From Piromyces finnis finn (lineage: Eukaryota; Fungi; Neocallimastigomycota), in the NCBI GenBank assembly GCA_002104945.1, contig MCFH01000016.1, positions 124,001 through 188,000 of the forward strand: 64,000 bases of DNA, written 5' to 3'. The notes beneath the pieces were generated by a model. It saw only the letters and a list, made by a program, of their open reading frames with translations, was not told the origin of the DNA and did no database searches. The number at the start of each line of letters is the position of its first letter. Positions within the stretch are counted from its first letter, which is position 1. The position numbers and the translations under genes were made by a program. Positions 1 to 12,833 of this stretch are shown here, piece after piece.

Positions 1-1422
1 TATAGTTATAAGCATAATTATTATTGACAGCTTTTTGGTTTTCTTGAGTATTACCTAACATTTTATTATTAACAGCAGTAATAGCGGCCTCTGCAACATT
101 TGTTTCATTAGATTTTACACTTTTAACTGAAGAAATTCTTTTTGGATTATGTATTTGAGTTGGTTGTTGCATTTGCTGTTGTAGTTGTTGTTGTAGTTGT
201 TGTTGTTGTTGTTGTAATTGCATTTGTTGTTGTTGTAAATGCTTTTGCTGTTGCATTTGTTGTTGTAATTGTTGTTGATATTGTTGTTGTAATTGTTGTT
301 GATATTGTTGCTGATATTGTTGTTGTAGCTGTTGTTGTAATTGCTGTTGATATTGCTGTTGATGTGCTTGTTGCATTTGATCATATGCATCCTTTTTCAA
401 TCCAAATAAGCTTTCCCTTCTTTCCATTCTAGTAAGAGGTGGACCATCTTTTTTATTAACTTTTCTTTTATTCTTTTCTTCTTCGGAATAGCTTGAATAA
501 CTACTATAGCTTGGCTTTCTAATACTCTCAATTTCATTTTTAATATTAGCACTTGTTTTTCTTTGTGGAACAAGATCAGAATCAATAGTCATAGCACTAA
601 TTTCGTCTAAAGTATGATCATTTTCCTCATTATTATATTTAACATTTAAGTTATTATTATATTCATCAAGTTCTTCTTCTACTTTTATATCATCATTATT
701 TTCTAATCCTGAAATATTTTCTTCAAGTGGATTATTGTTATCTAATATATTTAGCATATTAATTGATGATGATACAGGAGTAACTGAGGAATTAACATCA
801 TTGTCATCGATAATAACAAGATTATTTTCATCATATGATTGAGAATTATAACTTTCACGCTGATAATTACTTTGAGCATCATATGGACTGTCAGAAATTT
901 CAATCGAGCTTTCTTCGATAATTTTAACTGATTCTAAATCATCAGTACTGGTAGTGGAGTAATTGCCATAACTATCTCTAAAACCTAACTCTTTAAATGT
1001 AGGTATTGGTTTAATATTCAAATCTTCAAAAGTGGATAGCTTCATAGATTCATTTTCATCATTATTGTCATTTTGCATTTCTTCAACATCCTTAACTTCT
1101 GCAGATAATGGTTGTTCCTTCTCATTTATTTCATTTGAATCATTAATTTCATAATCATAAATTTCATCAATATTTGCTTTAAGAGCATTATTGTCATCCT
1201 TATTTTCATTTAATTCTTCAATTTCTGTAATTTCTTTAACTTCCGCCTTTAATACATTATTTTCGTCTTTATTTTCATTAAATACTTCATCAATATTTTC
1301 TACTAATACATTATTAACAGATTTATTATTATTGTTTTGTATACTAGTAAGTTGTTTTTCAGCTTTTTCTTCTTCAATATCTTTTTTGGATAAATTATCA
1401 TCATTAATGATAGTATTATCAA

Positions 1423-1505
<83 letters not shown>

Positions 1506-3418
1506 TCTTCAGTTTGTGAATTATTTATATTTTCTTTTATTTGTTCACCATTCACTAAATCTTTTTCAGAATCTAAAATATTCATATTATTACCATTTTC
1601 AAAATCATTGGATTTATTTTCTTCCACGTGTGGGCTAATTAAAATGGAAGAATTTACACCTATTGGTGCAGGAGGTAATGCATGAGATGGTTCTTCATTT
1701 GGAAGAGGTGTATTCTCTTGGGAATCAAAAGTAACATCATCTAATAAAGAATGTGTAGTTAAAGAACTAATGGATTTTTCTTCTTCCTCAACTGCAGGAA
1801 TTTGAGGTACTATACTCATAGTACTTGCATTTGGATCAATACTTTCTTTTTCTAAAGTATTACTTTCACTACTATCATTCTTTTCTTGTTCTTCTTCAGT
1901 CATATTAGTAACATATAACGATGTACGTTTCTTTCTGAATTTTTTTCTTGTTGGTGAGACAACATTGATTTTCATATTCTTTTCTTCACCTGGAGAAGTA
2001 TTTCCAACTAATTGAATATCATTTATCTTTAACTGTGGTTTACTTACTTCTTGAACCTGTTGGTTATCTGATTTAGAAGACTTATCATTTTCTTGTTGAG
2101 ATTGTGTTTGTAAGCTTGATTTTGGTTGTTCAACTTGGTTTTGAATTTGAGCTTGACCTTGGTTTAAATCACTGCTTGGACCTTGATTCTGATAATTCAA
2201 TCCATTTGCATATGGATGACTAACATTCATAGTTGGTTGTGAATTATTTGGAATATTTCCATACTGATTTTGAAAACTAGATTGACGTATTGGTTGAGGC
2301 ATTGGTTTTGCATTCATGCAATTTCTAGAATCGCCACGAGCAGTATGTGGAATAGTAATTTGGGACTTTCCTGAATCAGAATTAAGATCAACAACATCTT
2401 CCAAAAATTGAATATTTGAATAATAATTAATATATTTTGGAGCTTCAGCTATTATAGAACCAGTTTTATGTTCTTTAATATAATAAATAATATCTTTTTT
2501 ACTATCACATTTCTCTAATTGAACACGTAACTTTTCACAGCCTTCATCATCTGCAACACAAACAGTTGAAAACATGTTGGCATAATTCCACATTTGATCA
2601 AATAAAAAGCGAATTCTTTCTTCTTCGAATTTCTGGAAATTTTCACATTTTCGTGTCCATTCTTGTTGCCATTTCCTATAAATTTGATGCAAACGATTAA
2701 CTACCATAATATATTCTTTATCAATTTCTTTGGCTTCAACTAAATTTTGTCTTAATAAAGATTTATAATACTTTTTTTCTTCTTCGTTTGTGCAAATATT
2801 TAATTTGTTAGATATATCAATAGCTGCTTCACATTTCTTTTGATATTTTTCATTTACCTTTAATACCTCTTGAGTTTGTGAATTTTTAAGATATAAATGG
2901 CGCTCCATGACAGTTTTATAATTGTTTATAATTTTTTCTTGATTTGATGAAAATTCATTTAATAATACTGTAATCTGTTCTTTCACATCTAATGCTAAAT
3001 CAATTCTCGATTGACCAGTTGCTTCAATTTCTAATCTAAGAGTTTCCATTGAATCTCTCATTGATAAAATTTCATCTTGGTCTATTAAATTTTTTGATAA
3101 TTCAACTAATTGTCTACCATAATTTTCTTCAATCTCGGCTCTTCCCTTTAAAACATTTTTTAAATTATCGCATGCTTCTTTGGTTTTTCTCATATGATTG
3201 ACCAATACTTCTAAACCTTTATCGGCTTTTCCCTAAAATTTAAAATTTTTAAACAATGAATAAAATATCCGAAATTATATCATTAACAAAATCAAAAATT
3301 AGTACGAATAATTATAAAAATATGTTTTTATTTATATTTTATTATCTATAATTACCCAGAAATTAGCTGCAAAGGAATTTTCGATTTCATTTCTATAGCT
3401 ATTTGTATAATTATTCAT
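1..3418 (-). CDS. HOF1: F-BAR (FCH) protein of the Cdc15/Hof1 family; 3' end lies beyond the window start
   Basis: ATG at 3418; exon 1 3356-3418; GT-AG intron 3233-3355; exon 2 appears to run in one frame from 3232 to position 1 (frame checked at several points). N-terminus reads SFAANFW|GKADKGLEVLVNHMRKTKEACDNLKNVLRGRAEIEENYGRQLVEL...FQKFEEERIRFLFDQMWNYANMFSTVCVADDEGCEKLRVQLEKC...GSIIAEAPKYINY, typical of the Hof1/Cdc15 F-BAR domain. It is followed by a long low-complexity region with poly-N and poly-Q. The expected SH3 is not within the window. Confidence 0.85.
1424..1501. repeat. (ATT/AAT)n microsatellite encoding poly-Asn in the F-BAR gene
   Basis: Pure trinucleotide run visible in the sequence. 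Confidence 0.95.
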
Positions 3419-3607
3419 CTTTTTCTATTTATTATTATTATTATTATTATTATTTAAATTGTATAACTATGTATAAAATACTTCCTTAAATTAATTGCTT
3501 AAAAATAGATTCCTAAAAATTTTTCGTTTATTTATTTATTTTTCCTATTTATTATTATTAGTAGTATTATTATTGTTATTTTTATTTTTATTGTTATTGT
3601 TATTATT

Positions 3608-3639
<32 letters not shown>

Positions 3640-6600
3640 TTTTACTTTTATTATGACTTTGCCAATATTTATTTTTATTTTTTTTTTTTTAATAATTAAA
3701 TAAATATTAACAAATACGATATAAATTCTTTAAAAAAAAACACAATTTTTTTTTAAATTAAATTTTATATTTTTTTTATTTTTTTATACTTTTTTCTATA
3801 TAATAATGTAAAAATAATAATAATATGCCTTTTCAAAGAATTAATATTTTCAATAAAAAAACAGTAATATTATTATGTTTTTACTATAATTTATATGTTT
3901 AGAAATTGAATTTTTTAATTTTTTTTATTTAAAAATTTATATAAAAAAAAGTATATTTTAGTTTAAATATTTAATATATTTAGTTAATTGGTATAATTTA
4001 AACTGTAATTATATATATTAAAATTGTAGATTGTTGTTTTTGTATTGATTACGGTCTTGTTTATATACCTTTTTGCATATATATGCAATATATATGCAAT
4101 TTCTTTAAATATTTTTAATGTTTTTTTTATGTGTATTATTTTTTTATTTAATTACAAATACTTTTACTGTAAATTTGAATTATAGTATTAATAAAAACAA
4201 AATTCAATATATTTATTTTACATATATACTATAAGCAAATTATTAAAGATGTAAAAATTAAATTTTACTTTTTTTTTAAACTATTATACTGATTATTTTT
4301 ATAAAATTTTATTTTCGATTTTTTGATTTCTTTTTTATATTTTTATGTTTTTTTTTTTATTTATTTTTTATTTATCTGTTTGTTTTTATTTGTTTTATTA
4401 TATTTTTGTTTTTGTTTTTTACTATTATTTATAGTTCGCTTTAAAACTTCCTTTTAATCTTTACATATTACTATAAAATAAAATGAAAAACCTTTATTTT
4501 TTTTTTACCTAAATAAAAATTATTTTTATTTTATATATTTCATACACTAATTTTGTTAATATATTAAGCTATTAAATAATAATTTATTCCATTACATTGA
4601 ATTATATAGAAAAAAATCGGTTCGAGGAATTATAATGAATAATTAATATTTACATAGTTTTTATCTAACATTTATTAGTAATCATAAAAAATATATTAAT
4701 TATAATATTAAAATTTTAAAAAAAAATGTTTTTTTAAAAAATTCAAATATATATTTAATATAATTTTAAAATTTTATATATATAAAATATATGATATTCA
4801 AACTTAATATATTAATAAATTATGTATTATTTTTGATGATTGTACAAGATATATTAATACACCACATATAATATATATTTATATAATTACAATAATAATA
4901 ATAATAATATGTAATAATTAATTTATTATATTAAATAAAAAATAAAAGTATATTTCAATATATATTAATTATTATTTAAATATGCAATATTTTGATTTAC
5001 AATATATATATAATAATCAAATCAACCGTTCAAAACTATTGGTAACAATATCAGTTTCATGATACAAATAAAAATAAAAAAAAGCATTATAATTATGATT
5101 AAACTTTAATTAATAATAATTGTTAAAATCTCAATCAAAAAAGTTACATTATACAAAAAAATATTAAAATCAGGTAGTTTAGTTTGTCAAATAATATATA
5201 ATATATAATAAGAAATCGCATTATTAAATTGGTAGAATGTGTTTTTTGTTTTTTACAATTTAAAAGTTTAAATAAGTTAGTAAAAGTATTATTATTAAAA
5301 TTCTATACTACATTTAAAAGATATTTTTTTAAGGATAATATTAACTTTTAAGTATATTTTTTACTATGCATCTTTATTGTATTAAGGAAATGAAATGTAT
5401 TTTTTGATTTATAATTAATATCAATAATTACACCAAAATCAGCTTTGTTTATACAAAAAATTAAAAGTATTATATAAAAAAATTGATTTTGGCTTGTAAC
5501 TTAATATAGATTTATGCAAACTACTAAATTGGCAAACCTTTCTATAATTTTCCTCTTTATAATTATTCAAGATTTTTAAAATTAACTTGTGTTTCACAAA
5601 ACTTTATAAAGAAGAATTTGTTAGTTTAAAAATTGTTTCTTCACAATTATTAGGTAAAAATATATTACACTATATATTCAAATAAAAATTTTACATAGTT
5701 TTTTGCCTTGATAATAAATTAAAATAAAATAATTAATATTATATATAAATTATAAAGTTTTTTAATGAATAATATTTCTAATTCCAGTTCAATTATACAC
5801 TATTCATTTTAAAATTTTTTGTTATTCTTTTTTTAGTCGATGATTATTTTTTAAATATTTATATATTATGATTATAAAATTAACAGTAAGTTTCAATGAT
5901 TACAGATATTAAAGTACTTTTTTTTTTTTTTTGTATAGCACTTCATTAATTGCATTTTTCAAAATGTTGATAGATTGATTACTTTTAATTTCATACATGT
6001 ATACAATTTGAAGTTTTATTAGTTTATATATATATTGCAAAATATATGTTAAGTAATAAGCTAAACTTCTAATTTAATAAATATTTTAATTTCATTTAGG
6101 TTTTTTTTTTTTTTTTAATTATTAAAAAAAAACAGGTACCATTGTTGTAATTTTAAAATTTATTATTAATAAATGCTCACTTTAATACTACTTCAAATAT
6201 ATATTATATATTATATTATAATTATGTAAGTTATAAACCACAAGTATTACTAATTATAGATATAGTTGATGTTAACTCTAAAATATATATTTTTATAACA
6301 ACTTCTTAATATATTAATAAAATAAACTAATATAAATTTTCATTAATTATTTAGTTATTTATTATTTATTCCTTCAAAAAACTCTTTGAACGTTTAAAAC
6401 TTTAATATATTAGTTGTTTAATATGAATGAAAAACACAAAATTTATTTATTATCATGATTTTATAATGATATGACATAATTTCTAATTTAAAAATTTTGA
6501 ATATATTTAAACTAAAATTAAAAAAGTAAACTATGAAATAAATAATAGAATATAAGATAATTTATAAAAGAAAACATTTCAAATAGAATATATGATAAGA

Positions 6601-7545
6601 AATTAATCTCTAAAAATAGGGATTAGCTAACAATTTCAACAATTCCTAAAATACATTTGAAATATAAATATTAATAATTATTTTTTTATATTAAAATTTT
6701 TTATTTATTTATTAATTAATTAATAAAACAATACTTTAAATACATTATTAAAGTATTTAAAGAAAAATAAACATATCTTAAAAACATACAGAAATTATCT
6801 AACATTTTAAAATATGTTTATTTTATAACAAACTTTAAAAAAGAGTTTTATATATAAGTATTATTTGCATGAATATTATTTTATCTTACTTTATTCTTAT
6901 AAAATAATTTTCTTTTTGTTTTTATATAAATTAGAGTAATTAATTATTTAATAATTTCAATTATTATTTATTTATCAAATGATTTCATGATTTCTTTATA
7001 AACAAATGTTATTTTATTTTATTTTATCTCTTATTTGATATTAGTAGTATGAATGGACATTTACTATTAGATGTTATGATAAATGTTATAGCATTTTTAG
7101 ATAACCTATATAATGAAATAATTGATTATTCAATTTTAAAATTATTTAATGTTATAGAATAATAAATTTTTAGTTAAAATATTTTATGTAATTTATACGA
7201 TATAAACTTTTTTATTTTTTATAACTTTTGATTGAATTATTTTTTTTAATTATTTAATTTGTTAACTTCTTTTGTTTTTTTTATATATCATTTAATCATT
7301 TATTAACATTTATCAACATAAACTATTATTTTAAATTTATTCATATTTATTAAATGTTTATTATTTAGTAAAAACTATCTTATTAATCAAATTATATTTA
7401 ATTCACACTATTCAAGTTATTTAATACTTCATAGCAAAAATAATATTTATTTCTAATTAATTAAAAAATAAGGCTATATCATATAATATTAATATTTATG
7501 TCTGATTTAATACCATATATACCTTAAATATTCATAGAGATTTTA

Positions 7546-7793
7546 TCCACTGGTTTTTCCTATGGATTAGGGTATATACACAGGTAAGTATTGTTTATTT
7601 CACCCAATAGGACAATTTGTAATTTCATATACTATCCCATTTGTTAGTCATCTGAGAGGGTTGATATCGTTTTCAATATCTACGGGAGGATGAGGAATGC
7701 TGAATAGTATACGGTCCGGTTCCAAAAGGAGGAACTGTTAAGGACTCGTCCCTGCTAGTTATTGTAAGCTCCGACGCCGAAACCAGTATGGCA
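7546..7793. other. GC-rich island of unknown nature (candidate structured ncRNA or degenerate relic)
   Basis: GC content is much higher than the flanks and there is no long ORF. The ends can pair (CCACTGGTTT near 7548 with AAACCAGTATGG near 7781), there are internal hairpins, and an A-run follows. No RNA family recognised. Confidence 0.35.
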
Positions 7794-8969
7794 AAAAAAA
7801 ACAAAATTATGTTCTGTGCAGTATCATGTGATAAACATATGAGAAAGATTAAAGAAGAAATAATATTTATGATATAAAAATAATATGAGATTTGATTATA
7901 TTTATATTAATAAATTTTTCTTAATAGAATTTATATGGCTTTTATTATAATATTAATTATTTCTATAATGTATAAGAATGTAATACAAATATACAACAAA
8001 TGTAAAGAATATGTAAAATAATAATGTAGATGTATAATACATATAGTTCCAGCCTTATCATTGGACAACTAATTATCAAGTAAGCCTCATTAGTATAAAT
8101 AGACAAGGGAATTATTATTAAAGAGGCTTCTTGTTTTTAGTAAAGTATTTAGATATTTAGATAGAATAGAAATATTGGAACGTAATAAATAAAGTTATTA
8201 ATAAAATATATTATTTAAAATTATTAAATTCTTTCTACATAGAATTAATAGTGATATCATTTATTTGATCATGTGATAAATTTATTAAAATATTCAAAGG
8301 TTAGATTAATATTGATCTTTCTAAGGGTTAAATAATGAAGTTAAATGAAATCATTTAATACGGTAGTATTTAATGCATTTAATTGTAAATATTTTTCCTT
8401 CAAAAAATATATATATATATTTAACTAGTATTTTTTATATTTATCGAAAAAAAATTATGAACTTTTAAATTAACAAAATTGTTTTTCATTAATTTTTCTT
8501 TTCAAGAAGCTATAATGTTATAAAATTGTTCTAAATATTAACTTTCATCATAACCATTTTACCATTATTTGTATTTTTAATTTTTATTATAAGATACAAT
8601 AAATATATGGTTAATATAAAAAAATTATAAAAAAGAAGTAATATAATTCTCGTAAAAATTGTAAAATAACAATATTTTATATTCGAATTCTATTTAACAT
8701 AAATATATTTTTTAACTTTTATATATAATAAAATAAAAAAAAAAAGTTAATTTATTCACTCTTGAAAATAATTTTTTTTTTAAATTTTAAAAAGCAAATT
8801 TTTATTATTAAATAAAATTTTAAGATATTTATATTTAAATTTATTAATATCATAATATCATAGTTACAATTGGTAATAACAAATGATTAGTTCAAATTAA
8901 TTATTTTATAAAAATTTAAATTTTTTTTTTGCATTTTTTAAATTATAGTTTTGAATTATATTTGAAAAA

Positions 8970-11373
8970 ATGAATGACATTGACACAAAAAAAATTGATA
9001 ATGAAGAGTTAAATATGTAATAATAACAATAAATAATGTATATATTTAGATTATTAACTAGAAAAAAAATATGAAATGATTTTATTAACGTAAAATTTAT
9101 AATAAAATAAAAGATTAATTAATAAATTTCTCAGGGCTCCATTTAATATAAGTAAATTGAAACATGGAAATTTCATAATAAAAGGAGGTTTAATAATAGA
9201 TAATCAAGAAAACAATAATAATATACCTATAGAATTACAGCAAAATTCAATATTCTTGAAAGAAGAGCTAGAATATCAAAAAGTATTTTCGAATAATAAT
9301 ACTATTAAAAGTCTAAATTTATTCTCCTAAAACTTATTAAATAATATATTTATATATTTTAATTTTATAAAGGAACTATTTTCGGAATTAAGAGTTAATT
9401 TTAGAGAAATTCAGACAAAATCATATTTTTTAAATCAAATTTTTTCTAATCCACCAGCCTATTCAAATGAACAACAAGTTGATGAAATTGGTATATATAA
9501 TTATTATTTTTATATAATATATTAATAATGTTAATTTAATCAATAATTTATATATTTATATATTTTATGCAATTTATTAATCAATAATTTAAAAGAAATT
9601 AATGCTAAAAATGATAAACTAAAATTAAAACAATCAAAGCAGGAAATCGAAAATGCCAAAAATCAACTTTTAGAAATTATAGAAAATGTTAATCAAGGTT
9701 TTATATATATTATGTTACATTATATTACATTATATTTTATAATATTTTATAATTTAATTAATTAAATTAATTATTGTATAAATTGTTATATGTATATAAA
9801 ATATTTAAAGCATTTGAAACAATATCAAAACATTTTCAGGAAGCAGAACAATTACAAAATAAAATTAGAAATGCAGTATATATATATGAATAAATAACTT
9901 TTTCTTTTTTTTTTAATTATTACATCAATTTTTATAGAAAAATTAAAAAAAAAAAAACATTTTATTATATATATTTTTATTTAAAAGGAAGAAGAAATAA
10001 AGAATTATGAAAGTTCAACTACAAAATTGGTATTTTATTTTATTATTTTATTATTATTTTTTTTTTTAAATTTTTATTAAAAATTAAATACAATTTCTAA
10101 TTATGATTTTCAATTTTTATTTTAATCCTTAAAATTTTATAGAAAGATGTTCAAAATATCGTAGATGAACAGGTATATAAATAATATTTAAATAAAGACT
10201 ATAGATATGATTATTCATTATTCATCATTCGTTTATCCTTAATTTTTAATAGGAAACAAAAATTATAGAATTAGAAAGTTATTTACATGACCAAGAAGAA
10301 TCAATTAAATCTTTGAATGACAAAATTACATTTTTAGGAAAGGAAATATCAAATTTAAGAATTCAAAAAACAAACATTGAAACAGCTGTAACAGAAAAAA
10401 TACAAAAAACATCTAATATTAATCCAGTATTTAAAAATATGTGTGAATGGTAAAATATATCTTATTAGTATATTAAATTTAAGTATTACTGTTAAGAATT
10501 AATAATTAAAATATTCATTTATAAAGGTACAACATCACTGGAAAACTTTTATCAAATATTGATTCTATATTATCTTTAAATTATATAAAGCCAAATGAAT
10601 TAGAAGTTGTTAAAAGAATAACATTAAATGATGGCTCAGTTTATGATATAATAATAATATTAATTTACACTGATAATAATATAGATGTTAAGGTAAACTT
10701 ATAATGAATTGTATTTTTTAAATTTATATATAATATATATATATATTTAATAAAATATTATTATTATTATTATTACTATTTTTTTTTTTTTTTTTTATTT
10801 AATACAGTTAAAAAATCAAAATATATATATTGATGATATCATAGAAGAAGGAAGAGAAAGAATAAATAATATTGAAGATTTAACAAGTTATTATATTAAA
10901 GAAATTTGCTGGAGAATAGCAAATATAAATGAGAGAATTATTGAATTCCAAAAATTAAAGACAAGGTAAATAATGAAGTAAAATGAGGGAATAGTATAAA
11001 TATATAAAGCCATTAAACAAAATATTTATTAATTATCAATTAGATATGACATTAAATATACAGATATTAATGGAATTCAAGGAAATTTAGAGATAATATT
11101 AAATGATATATCTCAAACCGTTCTTATATTTCAGATTGACCCTGAATATCCAAGGACACCTGGTTGTTTTGAACTTATTAAATTTTATTCTAATGATAAT
11201 AACAACAAAAATTTGGCCCGTCTAGAGGTAAAATTTTAAAGCTTAATTTTTTATAAAAATTTTATCTTATAAATTTATTTTATATATCTTTTTCGTTTTA
11301 GAATGAGCTATATGAAGGAAATGTGAAAACTATTAATGATGCTCTTAACATTTATACTTCTTACTCAACATAA
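8970..11373 (+). CDS. Kinetochore protein of the Sos7/Kre28/Zwint family with C-terminal RWD-like region (many exons; 5' end uncertain)
   Basis: Spliced exons give LEYQK|ELFSELRVNFREIQTKSYFLNQIFSNPPAYSNEQQVDEI, resembling the Sos7 motif ELFSKLxFSYxEQxTKExFLxAIxxDPP. A coiled coil follows, then FQIDPEYPRTPG (RWD YPxxP motif). Stop TAA at 11371-11373. Start is ATG 8970 (needs a 1-nt fix in the A-run at 9062-9069) or ATG 9076. Confidence 0.65.
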
Positions 11374-11786
11374 TTATTTATTATAAAAAAGAATAAATAA
11401 ATTATTTAAAAGATACCACAATTCATATATTTATTTTCTAAATTTAAATAAATAAACAAAATTTTAAAAAAAGTTTTGATTTTTAATTTTTTTTTTTTCT
11501 TTATTCAATATATTTTAAAAAAATAAATTGAAGATTATATTATTTTCTACATTTATTTTTTAATAAAATCATTGTAAATAAAAAATATATTGATTTTTAT
11601 TATTATTTCTAAGAATTATTATTTTATTATTTTTATATTTTGTTATTTGATTTTATGATTAATATTTTTTTTATTATTTCCCTCTTTAATTTGCTTTGAT
11701 TAAAGTATTTTTATTGTTCTTTTTTATTATTAAAAAAAGTTATTATTATTAATATCGGATAAGAGTTTAAATGTTTATTAATTAAT

Positions 11787-12833
11787 TTAGAACTTGTAGT
11801 TTCCGTGAATCTATTATTTATACATTACAAAAATAAAAATTAATTTCACACCATAAAATTAAATTAATATATATTAGTAATTTACCTTTGGCTTAACGTT
11901 TAAGACAACTTCAACTAACTTGTTAACAACCTTGTCCTTGTTGTTGTTGTAGTCAGTTTCAATTTCTCTTAACTTTTGTTCGGTTTCTAAGTTAGCCTTA
12001 GCAGCATTTTCATCACTGGAACCAGAGTGCTATTTATTTAAAATATATTAATTAATATTCTTATTTACTTATTATTAACTATCTTTTATATTTCTTACAG
12101 TCTTTTCGAATTCAGCGAATTCAGCGTTCTTTTGAGCCTTAAGGTCTTCAATTTCCTTAGCAGCTTCAGCTCTAGCATCCTTTAAACGCTTAACTCTGTC
12201 TATAATATTTATAATTTACTTTATTAATATTTTAAAAGTTTACCAATAAATATACATTGTTTATACTAATTCAAATATTTACATTGTCTGGCGTTTTGAA
12301 CGATGTTGGAAGCTTCGTTTTCAGCATCAATTAAAGTTTGAATTCCTTGTGAATTTGGAGTAGACTATTTTATTATTTTAGATTAATATACATTATTAAA
12401 TTTATAAATTAATAAATTGCTAAAATTACAATTTTATAATATTAATTTGCATTAACAATATTATTATATTTCATTCTTTCAATAAATATTCGAAATCAAT
12501 TCTCTTTATTTATTAAAATATTTTTTATCGAAATTCCCAAATACATTTTCTTATTCACTTATATTTTATTTTATAATATTTTATTACGATTATATTATTT
12601 AATTGAATATTGAATTTAATCAATAATTAATTTGAATCCTTTTTTTTCTTTAAATTGATTTAAACTTTGATTTCTGTATTATATTTATTTACTTAAATTA
12701 TTTGAATTAAATATTTATATTGAAGTTTATTTCCATATTCCTTATATTTTCTTTCATTTGTAGTATTCCACATATTTTGTAATAAACATTAAAATATAAT
12801 TATATTTAAACAGATTTATTAATTATATACCAT
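11787..12833 (-). CDS. VMA10: V-type ATPase subunit G
   Basis: Five exons give M|STPNSQGIQTLIDAENEASNIVQNARQY|RVKRLKDARAEAAKEIEDLKAQKNAEFAEFEKT|HSGSSDENAAKANLETEQKLREIETDYNNNKDKVVNKLVEVVLNVKPK|IHGNYKF*. Strong codon bias. The ATG-only first exon at 12831-12833 is inferred. Confidence 0.92.

Noticed and set aside
115-1685. ORF-track entries 115-390, 142-432, 397-585 and 1191-1685
   Set aside because: Antisense or off-frame shadows of the low-complexity part of the minus-strand F-BAR gene.
4616-4630. GGTTCGA as a tRNA T-loop
   Set aside because: No cloverleaf stems or A box in the surrounding AT-rich sequence.
7567-7572. TTAGGG/CCCTAA as a telomerase RNA template
   Set aside because: Only one 6-nt unit; a template needs about 1.5 repeats. 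The CTAACCCTAA near 51379 sits in unstructured AT-rich DNA with no other support.
7581-7591. ATACTTACCTG on the minus strand as a U1 snRNA 5' end
   Set aside because: The downstream sequence lacks the U1-70K loop (GAUCACGAAG), the U1A loop (AUUGCAC) and an Sm site.
7711-7737. Resemblance to SRP RNA helix 8
   Set aside because: Lacks the GNRA tetraloop and the CAGG/AGCA symmetric-loop residues.
7560-7760. Ty3/gypsy integrase or chromodomain remnant on the minus strand (GPYTI, PHPPV, KQYL)
   Set aside because: Motif spacing does not fit, the pieces lie in different frames, and no LTRs or other pol remnants are nearby.
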